Assembly (NCBI GenBank): GCA_030610155.1
Contig: JAUWSG010000002.1
Coordinates: 1 to 62,603 of the forward strand
From: Gammaproteobacteria bacterium
GTDB taxonomy: Bacteria > Pseudomonadota > Gammaproteobacteria > SG8-11
Direction: 5' to 3'
Length of the DNA: 62,603 nt
The notes beneath the pieces are model-generated. The model saw nothing but the letters and a program-made list of their open reading frames with translations. It had not been told where the DNA came from and made no database searches. Each line of letters starts with the position of its first letter. Within the stretch, counting starts at the first letter, position 1. Positions 46,277-56,987 of this stretch are shown piece by piece. Made by a program: the position numbers and the translations under genes.

Positions 46277-46696
46277 CTATGACTTCGTCAGCGGCAAATT
46301 TGCATTTTTCCAGGCAAGTATGCCGCCCTGTAATTTGTACACCGATGAAAAACCCTGTTTGCGTAACACACCACATGCTGAAGTCGAACGGTGACCTGAA
46401 CGACAGTTGACAATAATCGGCTTAGCCTTATATTGATCCAGTTCCTGAATTCTGTTTTGCAACAAACCAACGGGGATATGCACAGAATCAAGCACATGAC
46501 CCTCCTTAAACTCATCATCCAGACGGACATCCAGCACAACTGCATCCTCATGGTTGATCAATTGAATGGCCCGGGACGGGTTGATATTTGTAATACCCGC
46601 ATCACCCAGAAATGACTTGATTAACAAGCCAAGGATGATGGCCAGTGCAGCAAACAACATCCACTGGCTTACGATGAATTCTCCAATTTGTGCCAT
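46277..46696 (-). CDS. yibN: Membrane-anchored rhodanese-domain protein (YibN-like, with intact active-site Cys loop)
   Basis: N-terminal TM. Rhodanese domain with a CRSGHRS loop. Confidence 0.85.
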   Translation of the reverse strand: MAQIGEFIVSQWMLFAALAIILGLLIKSFLGDAGITNINPSRAIQLINHEDAVVLDVRLDDEFKEGHVLDSVHIPVGLLQNRIQELDQYKAKPIIVNCRSGHRSTSACGVLRKQGFSSVYKLQGGILAWKNANLPLTKS

Positions 46697-46867
46697 CAGT
46701 TTCTCTTTAAAGCTGTACGTATTGAATTACCGGTATGAAAGAACGGAATAGTATACCAGAAGCTGGATTATTGGGAGTGTTGCGGGCGCCAGCACAAAGC
46801 CGGCTGTCTGTGACCAACATTATAGTAATGCGCCCGGGAAACCGTCTCGCGCACTATAAACACTTTC

Positions 46868-47176
46868 TCAGCTACAAAACACCTCACGCATCATACTTAT
46901 TAAACGCAATGTTCTTGCATCTCCCACACGGTAATACACGCGGTTGGCGTCCTTTCGGGAAGACAAAATCCCTTTATCACGCAATATAGCCAGATGCTGG
47001 GAGATGTTACTCTGGGATGTGCCCACCAGATCAACAATATCCTGCACACTGATTTCCTGCGAATCCAGAGTACAAAGAATCTTCAAGCGCAACGGGTGAG
47101 ACATTGCTTTAAGTGAACGAGACGCTCTTTCGATATCGTCATCATGGGTGATTAACCCAATATTTTCAGTAGTCAT
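46868..47176 (-). CDS. ArsR/SmtB-family regulator, YgaV-like
   Basis: LKAMSHPLRLKILCTL ... NISQHLAILRDKG ... REVFCS. The Cys in helix 2 and the C-terminal Cys mirror my recollection of E. coli YgaV. Confidence 0.8.
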   Translation of the reverse strand: MTTENIGLITHDDDIERASRSLKAMSHPLRLKILCTLDSQEISVQDIVDLVGTSQSNISQHLAILRDKGILSSRKDANRVYYRVGDARTLRLISMMREVFCS

Positions 47177-47519
47177 TATTTACTCAACCGCTCCTTTAAG
47201 TAATATGTTATTCAGTACGGAGGGTAAAACACCCTTTTATTTAAACTGTCGACTTAACATATCTAATACCACTGACCCGCCCTTATCGCTGAGCATTTAT
47301 CCTATTTATTGTATGGTCATACAGGTTTTCGATTATTATCAAAACAATATACAATAAAGCAGTGTTTGAGAACATAATAATATTAGCAGTTTATTGCTGA
47401 TATTTTGTACGTAATAAGGTGATTTTAACTCACCTCTTCACTAACATCCCTATTCTAAGTTAAAATCCCCCCGCCTATTTACGGCGGCTTAGAGACATTC
47501 ACAGGAACACCAGACAAAA

Positions 47520-49064
47520 ATGGCTAAAAATCATAGACCTATCGCATTACTCATACTGGATGGATGGGGTTATAGTGAAAATCCAGAATTCAATGCAATC
47601 ATGAACGCAAAAAAGCCTGTCTGGGATAAATTGTGGGCTGAATATCCCCACACCTTAATTCATGGTTCTGGCGCGGAAGTAGGTCTGCCAGAAGGCCAAA
47701 TGGGCAACTCTGAAGTGGGCCATGTCAATCTCGGGGCCGGCCGGCTGGTCAGCCAGGAAGTCACTCGAATAAACGACGCCATCAAGTCCGGCGAGTTTTT
47801 CTCAAACAAAGTACTCACCGATGCCATTGACTCGGCTGTTAATAATGGCAAAGCAGTCCATATTCTGGGCTTATTGTCCCAGGGTGGCGTTCATAGCCAT
47901 GAAGACCATATACACGCAATCGTTGAGATGGCTGTCAAACGTGGTGCCGATAAAATTTATTTACATGCCTTTCTGGATGGCCGGGACACAACACCGAAAA
48001 GTGCACTTGCGCCGATTGAAAAAATGGAAGCTACCTTTAAGCGCCTGGGCAAAGGACAATTTGCATCGGTAGTCGGACGCTATTATGCCATGGATCGTGA
48101 CAACCGATGGACACGCACCCATTCAGCATACGATTTGATTACTTCAGGTAAACACGAATTCACCACCTCAACAGCTGAAGCAGCAGTCAATGACGCCTAT
48201 GCACGAAATGAGTCCGATGAGTTTATTAAACCAACCGCTATCGTTTCCGAAGAGCAACAACAAACGCGTGTGAATGATGGTGATTCCATTATTTTCATGA
48301 ACTATCGTTCAGATCGGGCGCGACAGATAACACGCGCTTTTCTGGAAGACAAATTTCACGGTTTTCATCGTGACGTCAAACCCAGGTTAGGGGCCTTTGC
48401 GACACTAACAGAATACAGTGCAGACTTTGATGTTCCTGTTGCGTTTCCACCAAAGAAATTAAATAACGTGTTCGGCGAATACATCTCAAAACAGGGCTTA
48501 AAACAATTACGCATTGCGGAAACAGAAAAATATGCCCATGTGACATTTTTCTTCAATGGCGGCCGTGAAGAACCGTTTGAAGGGGAAGACCGTATCCTTA
48601 TTCCTTCTCCGGATGTCCCCACTTATGATATGAGTCCGCAAATGAGCGCGGCAAAAATCACCAAGCACCTGATCAAGGCGATTGAAAGTGAAAAATATGA
48701 CACGATCATCTGTAATTACGCAAACCCTGATATGTTAGGTCACACGGGCAACTATGAAGCGACTATAAAAGCTATTGAAATCCTGGATGCCTGCCTTGGC
48801 CAGGTCGTCGAGGCATTACAAAAAGTCGGCGGGGAAGTGCTAATCTCGGCTGATCATGGTAATGCAGAGCAAATGATGGGAGAAGGGACCGGGCAGGCAC
48901 ATACTGCGCACACCTTTAACCCGGTGCCCTTTATTTATGTTGGCAGACCCGCTACAGCAGCCAAAAGCGGAACACTGTCTGATATCACACCCACCATGCT
49001 TTACCTGATGGGCATCGAACCGCCACCAGAAATGAATGGACAACAGCTGGTAGAACTGGTTTAG
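47520..49064 (+). CDS. gpmI: 2,3-bisphosphoglycerate-independent phosphoglycerate mutase
   Basis: 514 aa. ...LLILDGWG...MGNSEVGH...ADHGNAE... motifs. Confidence 0.95.
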   Translation: MAKNHRPIALLILDGWGYSENPEFNAIMNAKKPVWDKLWAEYPHTLIHGSGAEVGLPEGQMGNSEVGHVNLGAGRLVSQEVTRINDAIKSGEFFSNKVLTDAIDSAVNNGKAVHILGLLSQGGVHSHEDHIHAIVEMAVKRGADKIYLHAFLDGRDTTPKSALAPIEKMEATFKRLGKGQFASVVGRYYAMDRDNRWTRTHSAYDLITSGKHEFTTSTAEAAVNDAYARNESDEFIKPTAIVSEEQQQTRVNDGDSIIFMNYRSDRARQITRAFLEDKFHGFHRDVKPRLGAFATLTEYSADFDVPVAFPPKKLNNVFGEYISKQGLKQLRIAETEKYAHVTFFFNGGREEPFEGEDRILIPSPDVPTYDMSPQMSAAKITKHLIKAIESEKYDTIICNYANPDMLGHTGNYEATIKAIEILDACLGQVVEALQKVGGEVLISADHGNAEQMMGEGTGQAHTAHTFNPVPFIYVGRPATAAKSGTLSDITPTMLYLMGIEPPPEMNGQQLVELV

Positions 49065-49134
49065 TAATCACTCATTCAGTCAGACACTTAACCAGTTAGA
49101 AACTTAATCATCTAGAAACAATGGGTACAAAAGC

Positions 49135-50349
49135 GTGCGAGCCTACGCAATAAGTCTTTTTTTTATATTAATACTATCTCCCTTCAATGCGGTTATTTCG
49201 GCGGAGCAGAATTCGGCCAGCAACTCCGTTAACAAGTCCTCTAACAACAAAGCCGCCCAGGCAGCAGAGTTGAAGAAACTGCGCAGCGTTATCAAAACGC
49301 TCCAGAATGAACTCAATGTTGCGCGTTCATCGCACGATAAACTTCGTCAGGAATTACGCCATCATGAAAAAAAGATTGGCAACATCTCCAGCGAACTAAC
49401 GCAACTCAACAGTCAGCTTAAAACCCATACCAGGGCACTTCGTAAACAACAAAAACAGGAAAAACTTTTACGCAGCGAGTTGCACAATCACCGGAGCACG
49501 CTTAAACAACAAGTACGCAGCGCTTATACCATTGGCAATCAGGGCCACCTGAAATTACTTTTAAATCAACAGAGCCCGGCAACCCTTGGACGTGTGCTCT
49601 CATATTATGACTACTTTATAAAAGTAAGAGCCAAAAACATAAATGAAGTGACAGTTAAACTGACTAAAGTAGAAAAATTGCAAGCCTCGATAAAACAGGA
49701 AAAATTTAAACTGGAACAAATCCAGCATTCATTATCAGAGGAAAAGCAGGCGCTGGGGCAGACAAAAAAACGTCGTGTCTCTATCCTGGCAAAACTTGAT
49801 AAAGACATCCGATCAAAGGGCCAGAAACTGGGAAATATGCTCGAGGATGAAAAACGTCTGGAGCGTCTTTTAAAAACATTAAAGCAAGCCCTGCCTGATT
49901 TTCCCGATCAGGCGGAAACTTTAACCAGTTTTGCGCGTCAAAAGGGATACCTTCAATGGCCTGTTAAGGGGCGCTTACGCGCAAAATACGGCTCATCAAG
50001 GAAAATGGGTAAACTAAGATGGCAAGGTGTCGTTATAAATGCAAGAGAAGGGTCAGAAGTCAGTGCGATTTCTCATGGCCAGGTTGTATTTTCTGATTGG
50101 TTACAAGGATATGGATTGCTCGTGATTATCGATCATGGCGATAATTTCATGAGTTTATACGGGTTTAATCAGAGCCTTTATAAAGGACCGGGAGACTGGG
50201 TCGAGGCAGGGGATATTATTGCCACCGTCGGTGAAAGCGGCGGCCAGACAAAATCAGGACTCTATTTCGAAATTCGAAAAAATGGCAAACCCACCAACCC
50301 ATCCCGGTGGTGCAGCAATAAAAAGAACAAAAAGAGTGCAAGAAGATAG
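49135..50349 (+). CDS. envC: Murein hydrolase activator EnvC (coiled-coil + LytM/M23 domain)
   Basis: GTG start and signal peptide. Long coiled-coil, then a C-terminal M23-like domain (...GVVINAREGSEVSAISHGQVVFSDWLQGYGLLVIIDHG...). Lies in gpmI-envC synteny. Confidence 0.85.
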   Translation: MRAYAISLFFILILSPFNAVISAEQNSASNSVNKSSNNKAAQAAELKKLRSVIKTLQNELNVARSSHDKLRQELRHHEKKIGNISSELTQLNSQLKTHTRALRKQQKQEKLLRSELHNHRSTLKQQVRSAYTIGNQGHLKLLLNQQSPATLGRVLSYYDYFIKVRAKNINEVTVKLTKVEKLQASIKQEKFKLEQIQHSLSEEKQALGQTKKRRVSILAKLDKDIRSKGQKLGNMLEDEKRLERLLKTLKQALPDFPDQAETLTSFARQKGYLQWPVKGRLRAKYGSSRKMGKLRWQGVVINAREGSEVSAISHGQVVFSDWLQGYGLLVIIDHGDNFMSLYGFNQSLYKGPGDWVEAGDIIATVGESGGQTKSGLYFEIRKNGKPTNPSRWCSNKKNKKSARR

Positions 50350-50474
50350 CAGTTTCGGCATACTTGATGGAATAGGCATTTTTTATATTAAAATTATGGT
50401 ATTAGAGCAATACAAACGATTAGATTAACCTGGGATATGATAATTATCCTGCGTAGGCCCCGGAGGCAGCATTA

Positions 50475-51797
50475 ATGAGATCCAACTTGAAAACTTTCCT
50501 TATTCTTAGCATAGGCCTGGTTCTGGGCGTGCTTCTGGCTGTTGGGCAAGGTGTATTTGCACAAAAATCAAATTCATCCGGCAGCAGCTTACCGCTTGAA
50601 GAATTAAAAACGTTCACGGATGTATTTACTAAAATTAAAAGAGACTATGTTGTCTCGGTTGATGACCGCACACTATTGGAAAATGCCATACGCGGCATGC
50701 TGTCCGGACTGGATCCACATTCAAGCTATCTGGATACAGATGCCTATAAAGAACTTCAGGTCGGCACATCCGGAAAATTCGGTGGCCTGGGCATCGAAGT
50801 CGGCATGGAAGACGGTTTTGTAAAGGTCATTGCCCCCATCGATGATACTCCAGCAAAGCGGGCAGGTGTTGAAGCCGGCGATCTCATCATTCGACTGGAT
50901 GACAAGCCGGTAAAAGGTTTATCTCTGGGTGAAGCAGTGAAACTAATGCGTGGCGATCCCGGCTCGGACATTGTTCTGACCATCGTCAGAAAAGGCGAGA
51001 AAGCGCCTCTCAAAATCACCATTACACGCGACATCATTAGAGTCAAAAGCGTAAAAAGCCGCATGCTCGAAGATGGCTTCGGTTATGTGCGTGTCACCCA
51101 GTTCCAGTCTAATAGCGGTGAAAATCTTGTAAATGCGATCGAGAAATTACAACAGGAAAGCAAAAACAATTTGCATGGCCTGGTACTTGACCTTAGAAAT
51201 AACCCGGGTGGCGTACTTAACGCAGCAGTATCAATTTCAGACGCCTTCATCAAAGAAGGGCTCATTGTTTACACTGAAGGCCGGATTGAAGACTCAAGCC
51301 TGAAATTTAATGCGACACCAAGAGATGTACTGGACGGCGCACCCATGGTCGTACTGGTAAATGGCGGCTCAGCTTCCGCATCAGAAATTGTTGCTGGCGC
51401 ACTTCAGGACCATAAAAGAGCCGTTATCATGGGCGTCAAGACATTTGGCAAAGGTTCAGTACAAACTATTTTGCCGTTACCTAACAATTCATCTGCACTC
51501 AAACTGACAACTGCGCGTTATTTTACCCCTTCAGGCCGCTCCATTCAGGCGCAAGGCATTATCCCTGACATTGAACTCGAAAGCGTCAAAATAACAGATG
51601 TTGAAAAACCGGCTATCGGCATGCTCAAGGAATCAGACCTTAGTGGTCACCTTGAAAATAAAACAAATGACGAGAAAAACAATACCAAAAAAGACAAAGA
51701 CGCACTATTAACGCTGGTAAAATCTGACTATCAGTTGTATGAAGCACTCAACATGCTCAAAGGCTTGCATATATTAAATGAGATGAAATCCAAATGA
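50475..51797 (+). CDS. ctpA: Carboxy-terminal processing protease (S41 family, CtpA/Prc-like)
   Basis: PDZ region (GGLGIEV...). S41 catalytic blocks GSASASEI and TFGKGSVQ. Confidence 0.9.
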   Translation: MRSNLKTFLILSIGLVLGVLLAVGQGVFAQKSNSSGSSLPLEELKTFTDVFTKIKRDYVVSVDDRTLLENAIRGMLSGLDPHSSYLDTDAYKELQVGTSGKFGGLGIEVGMEDGFVKVIAPIDDTPAKRAGVEAGDLIIRLDDKPVKGLSLGEAVKLMRGDPGSDIVLTIVRKGEKAPLKITITRDIIRVKSVKSRMLEDGFGYVRVTQFQSNSGENLVNAIEKLQQESKNNLHGLVLDLRNNPGGVLNAAVSISDAFIKEGLIVYTEGRIEDSSLKFNATPRDVLDGAPMVVLVNGGSASASEIVAGALQDHKRAVIMGVKTFGKGSVQTILPLPNNSSALKLTTARYFTPSGRSIQAQGIIPDIELESVKITDVEKPAIGMLKESDLSGHLENKTNDEKNNTKKDKDALLTLVKSDYQLYEALNMLKGLHILNEMKSK

Positions 51798-52052
51798 TGT
51801 AAATAATTGACGGCTATTGTCCTCAATTATGAGATCAGGTTTAGCAAACTTATTTTTATATAGCGTCATTTTCATATTCACTGATGTCTGCTTCGCCGAA
51901 AACGAAGCCGACATCAATCCTGCCAACAGCCCGATCCGGTAACACTCCCCCTTCCGCCAGCAACACCTGAAAAATAAATTACTACGATTGGATGAACCGG
52001 GTGTAAAATCAGCCCCGGTTTCCAGAATCATTAAACATGTCAGGAGTAGAAT

Positions 52053-52604
52053 ATGGCCAACGTCCTTATCCCGCTCGCACAAGGCTGCGAAGAACTTGAA
52101 TCCGTAACTATTATTGACTTGCTGCGACGGGCAAACATCACCGTTGTTTCGGCCAGCCTCGATGGCCAGCCTGTAAAAGCCAGCAGAGGGGTCACACTGA
52201 TAGCCGATACAAATCTTGATGACGCATTAAAGCAGGATTACGACATGCTTGTATTACCTGGTGGACTACCCGGTGCTGATTACTTGAATGAAGACCAACG
52301 TATTATTGACCTGTTGAAAAAAATGGCCGCCTCAGAAAAATACACGGCCGCAATATGTGCCGCACCTAAAGTACTGGCATCCGCCGGCCTTCTTACAGGC
52401 AAAAACGCAACCAGTTATCCCGGCACACTGGAAAAATTAAACATGCCGGACATCAAACTTGACGATGCGCCTGTCGTGACAGACGGCAAGGTCATTACTT
52501 CCCGTGGCCCGGGCACCGCAATGGACTTTGCATTAACGCTAATCGAAACACTGGTCGGAAAAGAAAAGAGAGACGAGGTTGAAGCTGGGCTTGTAAGACC
52601 TTAA
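52053..52604 (+). CDS. yajL: DJ-1/PfpI-family protein (YajL-like)
   Basis: 183 aa. Nucleophile elbow AAICAAP and ...LVLPGGLPGA.... Confidence 0.85.
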   Translation: MANVLIPLAQGCEELESVTIIDLLRRANITVVSASLDGQPVKASRGVTLIADTNLDDALKQDYDMLVLPGGLPGADYLNEDQRIIDLLKKMAASEKYTAAICAAPKVLASAGLLTGKNATSYPGTLEKLNMPDIKLDDAPVVTDGKVITSRGPGTAMDFALTLIETLVGKEKRDEVEAGLVRP

Positions 52605-52616
52605 AATCAAAATCTT

Positions 52617-52747
52617 TTTACCACGGAGGTCACGGAGAGAAGAACGAGGGAAAGCCCATGATTATTGTTACTTATCGCAAAGCGATGAGTAACAATAATA
52701 AAATCTTTTCTCCGTGACCTCCGTGGTAAACACTGCTTTTAATCTTT
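52617..52747. repeat. Hairpin/MITE-like element, cacggag family, with a nested inner palindrome
   Basis: tttaccacggaggtcacggagagaa (52617-52641) pairs with tttctccgtgacctccgtggtaaa (52707-52730). The inner stem is ttattgttact...agtaacaataa. The right flank to 52747 is shared with the solo copy at 43827-43874. Confidence 0.85.
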
Positions 52748-52757
52748 ATGTGTTTTT

Positions 52758-52793
52758 CCCCGTGCGCCCCGTGTCCCCCGTGTCCCCCGTGGC
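52758..52793. repeat. 9-bp tandem array (ccccgtgNN x4)
   Basis: ccccgtgcg ccccgtgtc ccccgtgtc ccccgtggc. The reverse complement has a cacgggg core related to the cacggag arms. Confidence 0.85.
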
Positions 52794-52807
52794 AAAAGGT
52801 CTTAGGT

Positions 52808-53410
52808 CTAAAGGTCTTTTAACTCAACAAGCAACTTCGCCAACGCCTGGCCACGGTGGCTGATTTTGTTTTTCACTTCTGCCGGGAGCTCGGCAGATGA
52901 ACAGTCATGTGTTGGCACATAAAATACCGGATCATAACCAAAACCATTTTCGCCCTGAGACTCCTGAAGAATACGACCCTCCCATGTTCCCTGGCAGATC
53001 AAGGGAGTCGGATCTTTTTCATGCTGCATAAATACCAGCAAACATTGAAAACGTGCTGTGCGTTCATTTTCCGGCAAGCCGGAAAGATCTTTCAGCAACT
53101 TGATCAGGTTGCCTTTATCAGACGCGCTTTCACCGGCGAAACGCGCCGAATAAATTCCCGGCGCACCCTTCAATGCGTCCACCTCTATTCCCGAGTCATC
53201 CGCAAGGGCAGGCAAACCCGTATGTGCACAAGCATTACGCGCCTTCAGAATGGCGTTTTCAACAAAACTTAACCCGGTCTCTTCGATATCAGGCACATCA
53301 AAGTCTGACTGAGGTAAAACTTCATAATCAAGTTCGGCCAACAACACGGCAAATTCACGCAACTTGCCCTTGTTACCTGACGCCAGCACAATTTTATTTT
53401 TGTTATTCAT
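52808..53410 (-). CDS. rdgB: Non-canonical purine NTP pyrophosphatase (RdgB/HAM1)
   Basis: 200 aa. ...ASGNKGKLREF..., ...FGYDPVF... and ...KNKISHRG... motifs. Confidence 0.9.
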   Translation of the reverse strand: MNNKNKIVLASGNKGKLREFAVLLAELDYEVLPQSDFDVPDIEETGLSFVENAILKARNACAHTGLPALADDSGIEVDALKGAPGIYSARFAGESASDKGNLIKLLKDLSGLPENERTARFQCLLVFMQHEKDPTPLICQGTWEGRILQESQGENGFGYDPVFYVPTHDCSSAELPAEVKNKISHRGQALAKLLVELKDL

Positions 53411-53411
53411 G

Positions 53412-54134
53412 TTACGTCTTGCAGAGAGATGCCCGTTGTATTTGAATCAATTCACTGATGCCTTTACCAGCCAGTTCCAGCATGGCACTTAATTCATCTT
53501 TACGAAACGCATGGCCTTCTGCTGTGCCCTGTATTTCAATATAGGCACCCGCATCATTCATCACAACATTCATATCCGTTTCGGCATTTGAATCTTCACT
53601 GTAATCCAGATCCAGAACCGGAGAACCATCATAAATTCCTACCGATACAGAGGCGATATTGCCATGCAGAGGATTATCGGACAGCACGCCCTGCTTCATC
53701 AAATAGTCCACCGCATCAGCCAGCGCCACATAACCACCGGTAATAGACGCCGTGCGGGTACCCCCATCGGCCTGAATAACATCACAATCCACAGTGATTA
53801 CTCGTTCACCCAGGGCTTCCAGAGAAATGCCCGCCCGTAGCGAACGACCGATTAAACGTTGAATTTCCAGCGTTCTTCCACCCTGCTTGCCTTTTGCCGC
53901 CTCTCTTTGCATACGTGAGCCTGTTGACCTGGGCAACATGCCGTACTCAGCCGTCACCCAGCCTTTACCAGAGCCTTTCAGGAAGCGGGGTACCCGGTCC
54001 TCCACTGACGCAGTACAAAGCACTTTGGTATCTCCAAATTCGACTAGGATTGAGCCTTCAGCATGTTTGGTATAATTCCGGGTAATCCGGATGGTTCGCA
54101 TTTCATCTAACTCTCGCCCACTGGGTCGCCGCAT
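53412..54134 (-). CDS. rph: Ribonuclease PH
   Basis: MRRPSGRE...[27 protein letters not shown]...[13 protein letters not shown] is colinear with E. coli Rph. Start moved to the ATG at 54134 (aaggaaa SD) from the ORF-track 54188. Confidence 0.93.
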   Translation of the reverse strand: MRRPSGRELDEMRTIRITRNYTKHAEGSILVEFGDTKVLCTASVEDRVPRFLKGSGKGWVTAEYGMLPRSTGSRMQREAAKGKQGGRTLEIQRLIGRSLRAGISLEALGERVITVDCDVIQADGGTRTASITGGYVALADAVDYLMKQGVLSDNPLHGNIASVSVGIYDGSPVLDLDYSEDSNAETDMNVVMNDAGAYIEIQGTAEGHAFRKDELSAMLELAGKGISELIQIQRASLCKT

Positions 54135-54371
54135 GGTATTTCCTTTGATTTTGATAGGTTTTTTGACAATCGGGACGGAATTATACACTGATGCCGGTGA
54201 CTGAATGAGCTAAATTTGAGCTCCGGATAATAAAATATGCCCCAGATCCATTTTGAGGTCTAATTAAGCTACACAAAACAACCAAATTCTGGTATAAATG
54301 CGTGCTCTTTTTGCCTCGGAGACTTTCCGGGTGCAGGTAAAACAAACATATTCGTTTTTTGGAGGTTTACA

Positions 54372-54787
<416 letters not shown>

Positions 54788-54792
54788 ATCAC

Positions 54793-54849
54793 CCGCGCCT
54801 ATGCTATAACGCGCCCGTCTATGCAATAACGTGCCCGTCTATGCAATAA
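54793..54849. repeat. ~20-bp tandem repeat x3 downstream of rpmG
   Basis: ccgcgcctatgctataa / cgcgcccgtctatgcaataa / cgtgcccgtctatgcaataa. Confidence 0.85.
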
Positions 54850-54858
54850 ATAGCGCAC

Positions 54859-54891
54859 AAAAAAAATCCTGCACCTGGCAGGATTTTTTTA
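54859..54891. terminator. Bidirectional rho-independent terminator (rpmG / desaturase convergent)
   Basis: aaaaaaa-atcctgc-acctg-gcaggat-ttttttt. Confidence 0.85.
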
Positions 54892-54956
54892 TGCATGGAA
54901 ATATTTATGTTTACTGACTGTCCCGCAATTTTCCTGTCTGGCCCGCTTACGCTTAG

Positions 54957-56162
54957 TCAAGCCGACTGTAATTGATATCGCCGTAAACCCTCGGCAAAAT
55001 CCTGTAACGCTTTGATCCTGGTTTCCTCCGCTTGCTTACACCATTCCTGTAATGATTGAAGCAATGCTTCTTGCGTATCAGCAGATCGTTTCCAGATGGC
55101 CTGTAGTCGCAGCTTGTATTGATAAACAATTTCAAGACGCTCACTACTACTCAACGCATGATTTAGCCTGTCCCTCGCATCGTCATCGAGCAAAGACTCT
55201 TCCTTGATTAAAACGCGTTTGGCCCGTTTTAGCACACGGCGGCATGATTCATCTGCCTTATGTAATTCATCCTTAAAGACCGGAAATGTGACATTTGCAT
55301 AATATCGGGACATGATTTGAAACCGGTTTGTCACAATGGCCCGCAAGGTCTCCATATCAACCTTGTTATTATCCGCCCCAAATACCGGCGTGGGCGCGAC
55401 TTTATTCACTTTAGCCAGACGAAACAAAACCAGTAACTGAATATATACCCAGCCTATATCAAGCTCCCACCATTTTGATGAAAGCTTGGCAGAATTCGCA
55501 TATGTATGATGGTTATTATGAAACTCCTCCCCGCCTATCAAAATTCCCAACGGGAAAATATTTGTCGAAGCATCCTTTGTTTCATAATTCCTGTACCCCC
55601 ACCAATGACCAAGACCATTGATGACGCCGGCAGCCCAGACAGGAATCCACAACATTTGCACCGCCCATATTGTGATACCGATAGGGCCAAACAGAAAAAT
55701 ATTAATTAAAAACATCGCAATCGGCCCCCATATAGTGCGGGACGTATAAAGATGTCGTTCTACCCAGTCATCGGGCGTGCCGACACCAAATTTATCCAGT
55801 GTTTCCTGGTTTCTGGCTTCAGCCCGATATAATTCTGCTCCCTGCAACAGGACCTTTTTAATCCCCCTGGTTTGCGGGCTATGTGGATCTTCTTCAGTTT
55901 CACATTTTGCGTGATGTTTTCGGTGTATAGCCACCCACTCTTTAGTGATTGTTCCAGTGGTCAACCAGATCCAGAAACGAAAAAAATGACTCACAACAGG
56001 ATGAAGATTGAGCGCGCGATGGGCCTGATTACGGTGCAGATAGATGGTCACTGACGCAATCGTGATATGTGTCACAACCAGGGTGTATAGAACATAGTCC
56101 AGAACGGAGGCATTTAAAAAACCTTCAACAAATAACATAATCACCTCTGAGTTTAAGTTCAC
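54957..56162 (-). CDS. Membrane fatty-acid (acyl-CoA/acyl-lipid delta-9-type) desaturase
   Basis: 401 aa. Three His boxes HRNQAH, HRKHH and HNNHH, with N-terminal TM pairs. Confidence 0.85.
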   Translation of the reverse strand: MNLNSEVIMLFVEGFLNASVLDYVLYTLVVTHITIASVTIYLHRNQAHRALNLHPVVSHFFRFWIWLTTGTITKEWVAIHRKHHAKCETEEDPHSPQTRGIKKVLLQGAELYRAEARNQETLDKFGVGTPDDWVERHLYTSRTIWGPIAMFLINIFLFGPIGITIWAVQMLWIPVWAAGVINGLGHWWGYRNYETKDASTNIFPLGILIGGEEFHNNHHTYANSAKLSSKWWELDIGWVYIQLLVLFRLAKVNKVAPTPVFGADNNKVDMETLRAIVTNRFQIMSRYYANVTFPVFKDELHKADESCRRVLKRAKRVLIKEESLLDDDARDRLNHALSSSERLEIVYQYKLRLQAIWKRSADTQEALLQSLQEWCKQAEETRIKALQDFAEGLRRYQLQSA

Positions 56163-56411
56163 TATCCCTATGATTTACAACATTAACATGCAGGTAATAC
56201 AGCGGTTTGTCCGTGACATGAACCCTGAGGAAAACAGCCGTTAATACTTAACTATTTCGGCACGATAGCACACAACTAAAACCGGATTAACATTTGTTTA
56301 CAAAATATCAGTGAAATATCTCTGTATATTAGGCAGAATGAGCCATCCGGTAATACCACAACCGAATTCGGTTACTCTATAATTGATACACGTTCACTCA
56401 GGAGTATTATA

Positions 56412-56987
56412 TTGGTGGCAAAAAGCATAAAAACAATACTTTTATTTTTCTTCCTGATCACAATTTCATTGCCTCTGATGGCCAGAGAACTGGACATCAA
56501 TATTGGCTCCGAACTTATTCGTGTTACCTATATAAGCCCCATTGAAGGTGCTGACTACGGCCGCAAAGACGTCACCTTTGGTGGTTTTTACAACAAGGAT
56601 GATAATTATTTCTTCGATACATCATTACTTATCATCGATGAAGCGGGCAATAAATTTCCTGGTATGGAACTCGGAATAGGCCCCAAGGCCTATCTGGGCC
56701 AAACAAAAACCCAGGACTACCTGACATTCGGTATCGTCGGATTAATCAACTACCGACTTTCAAGTATTAACCGATTGATCCTCAGTGGATCTGGCTATTT
56801 TTCACCGGGTATTATTTCATTTATGGATGCGAACCAGATGTGGGAGTTTGAAGTACGCGCCGCGTATGAAATTATACCTTCAGCCAGCATTTATGTGGGA
56901 TATCGAAAAATAGAGGTTGATGTCAATATTCCCAGTGAAAGGACCGTTGACGATGAATTCAATGTTGGTTTCAAAATGGCCTTCTAG
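56412..56987 (+). CDS. Small outer-membrane beta-barrel protein (YfaZ-like)
   Basis: 191 aa with a signal peptide, alternating beta-strand pattern and a C-terminal ...VGFKMAF. Block order resembles E. coli YfaZ as I remember it. Confidence 0.55.
   Translation: MVAKSIKTILLFFFLITISLPLMARELDINIGSELIRVTYISPIEGADYGRKDVTFGGFYNKDDNYFFDTSLLIIDEAGNKFPGMELGIGPKAYLGQTKTQDYLTFGIVGLINYRLSSINRLILSGSGYFSPGIISFMDANQMWEFEVRAAYEIIPSASIYVGYRKIEVDVNIPSERTVDDEFNVGFKMAF

Noticed and set aside
51829-51942. 37-codon ORF (MRSGLANLFLYSVIFIFTDVCFAENEADINPANSPIR) downstream of ctpA, possibly a relic of yibQ (a polysaccharide deacetylase that often follows envC/ctpA)
   Set aside because: It has only a signal-peptide-like start. 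Nothing downstream in any frame resembles YibQ, and only about 110 nt remain before yajL. That is insufficient evidence for either a gene or a pseudogene.
52758-52793. Possible CRISPR array (also the tandem repeats at 33178-33222, 54793-54849 and 20621-20652)
   Set aside because: The units are 9-20 bp and directly abutting, with no ~30-bp unique spacers, and no cas genes are present in the window. These are simple tandem repeats.
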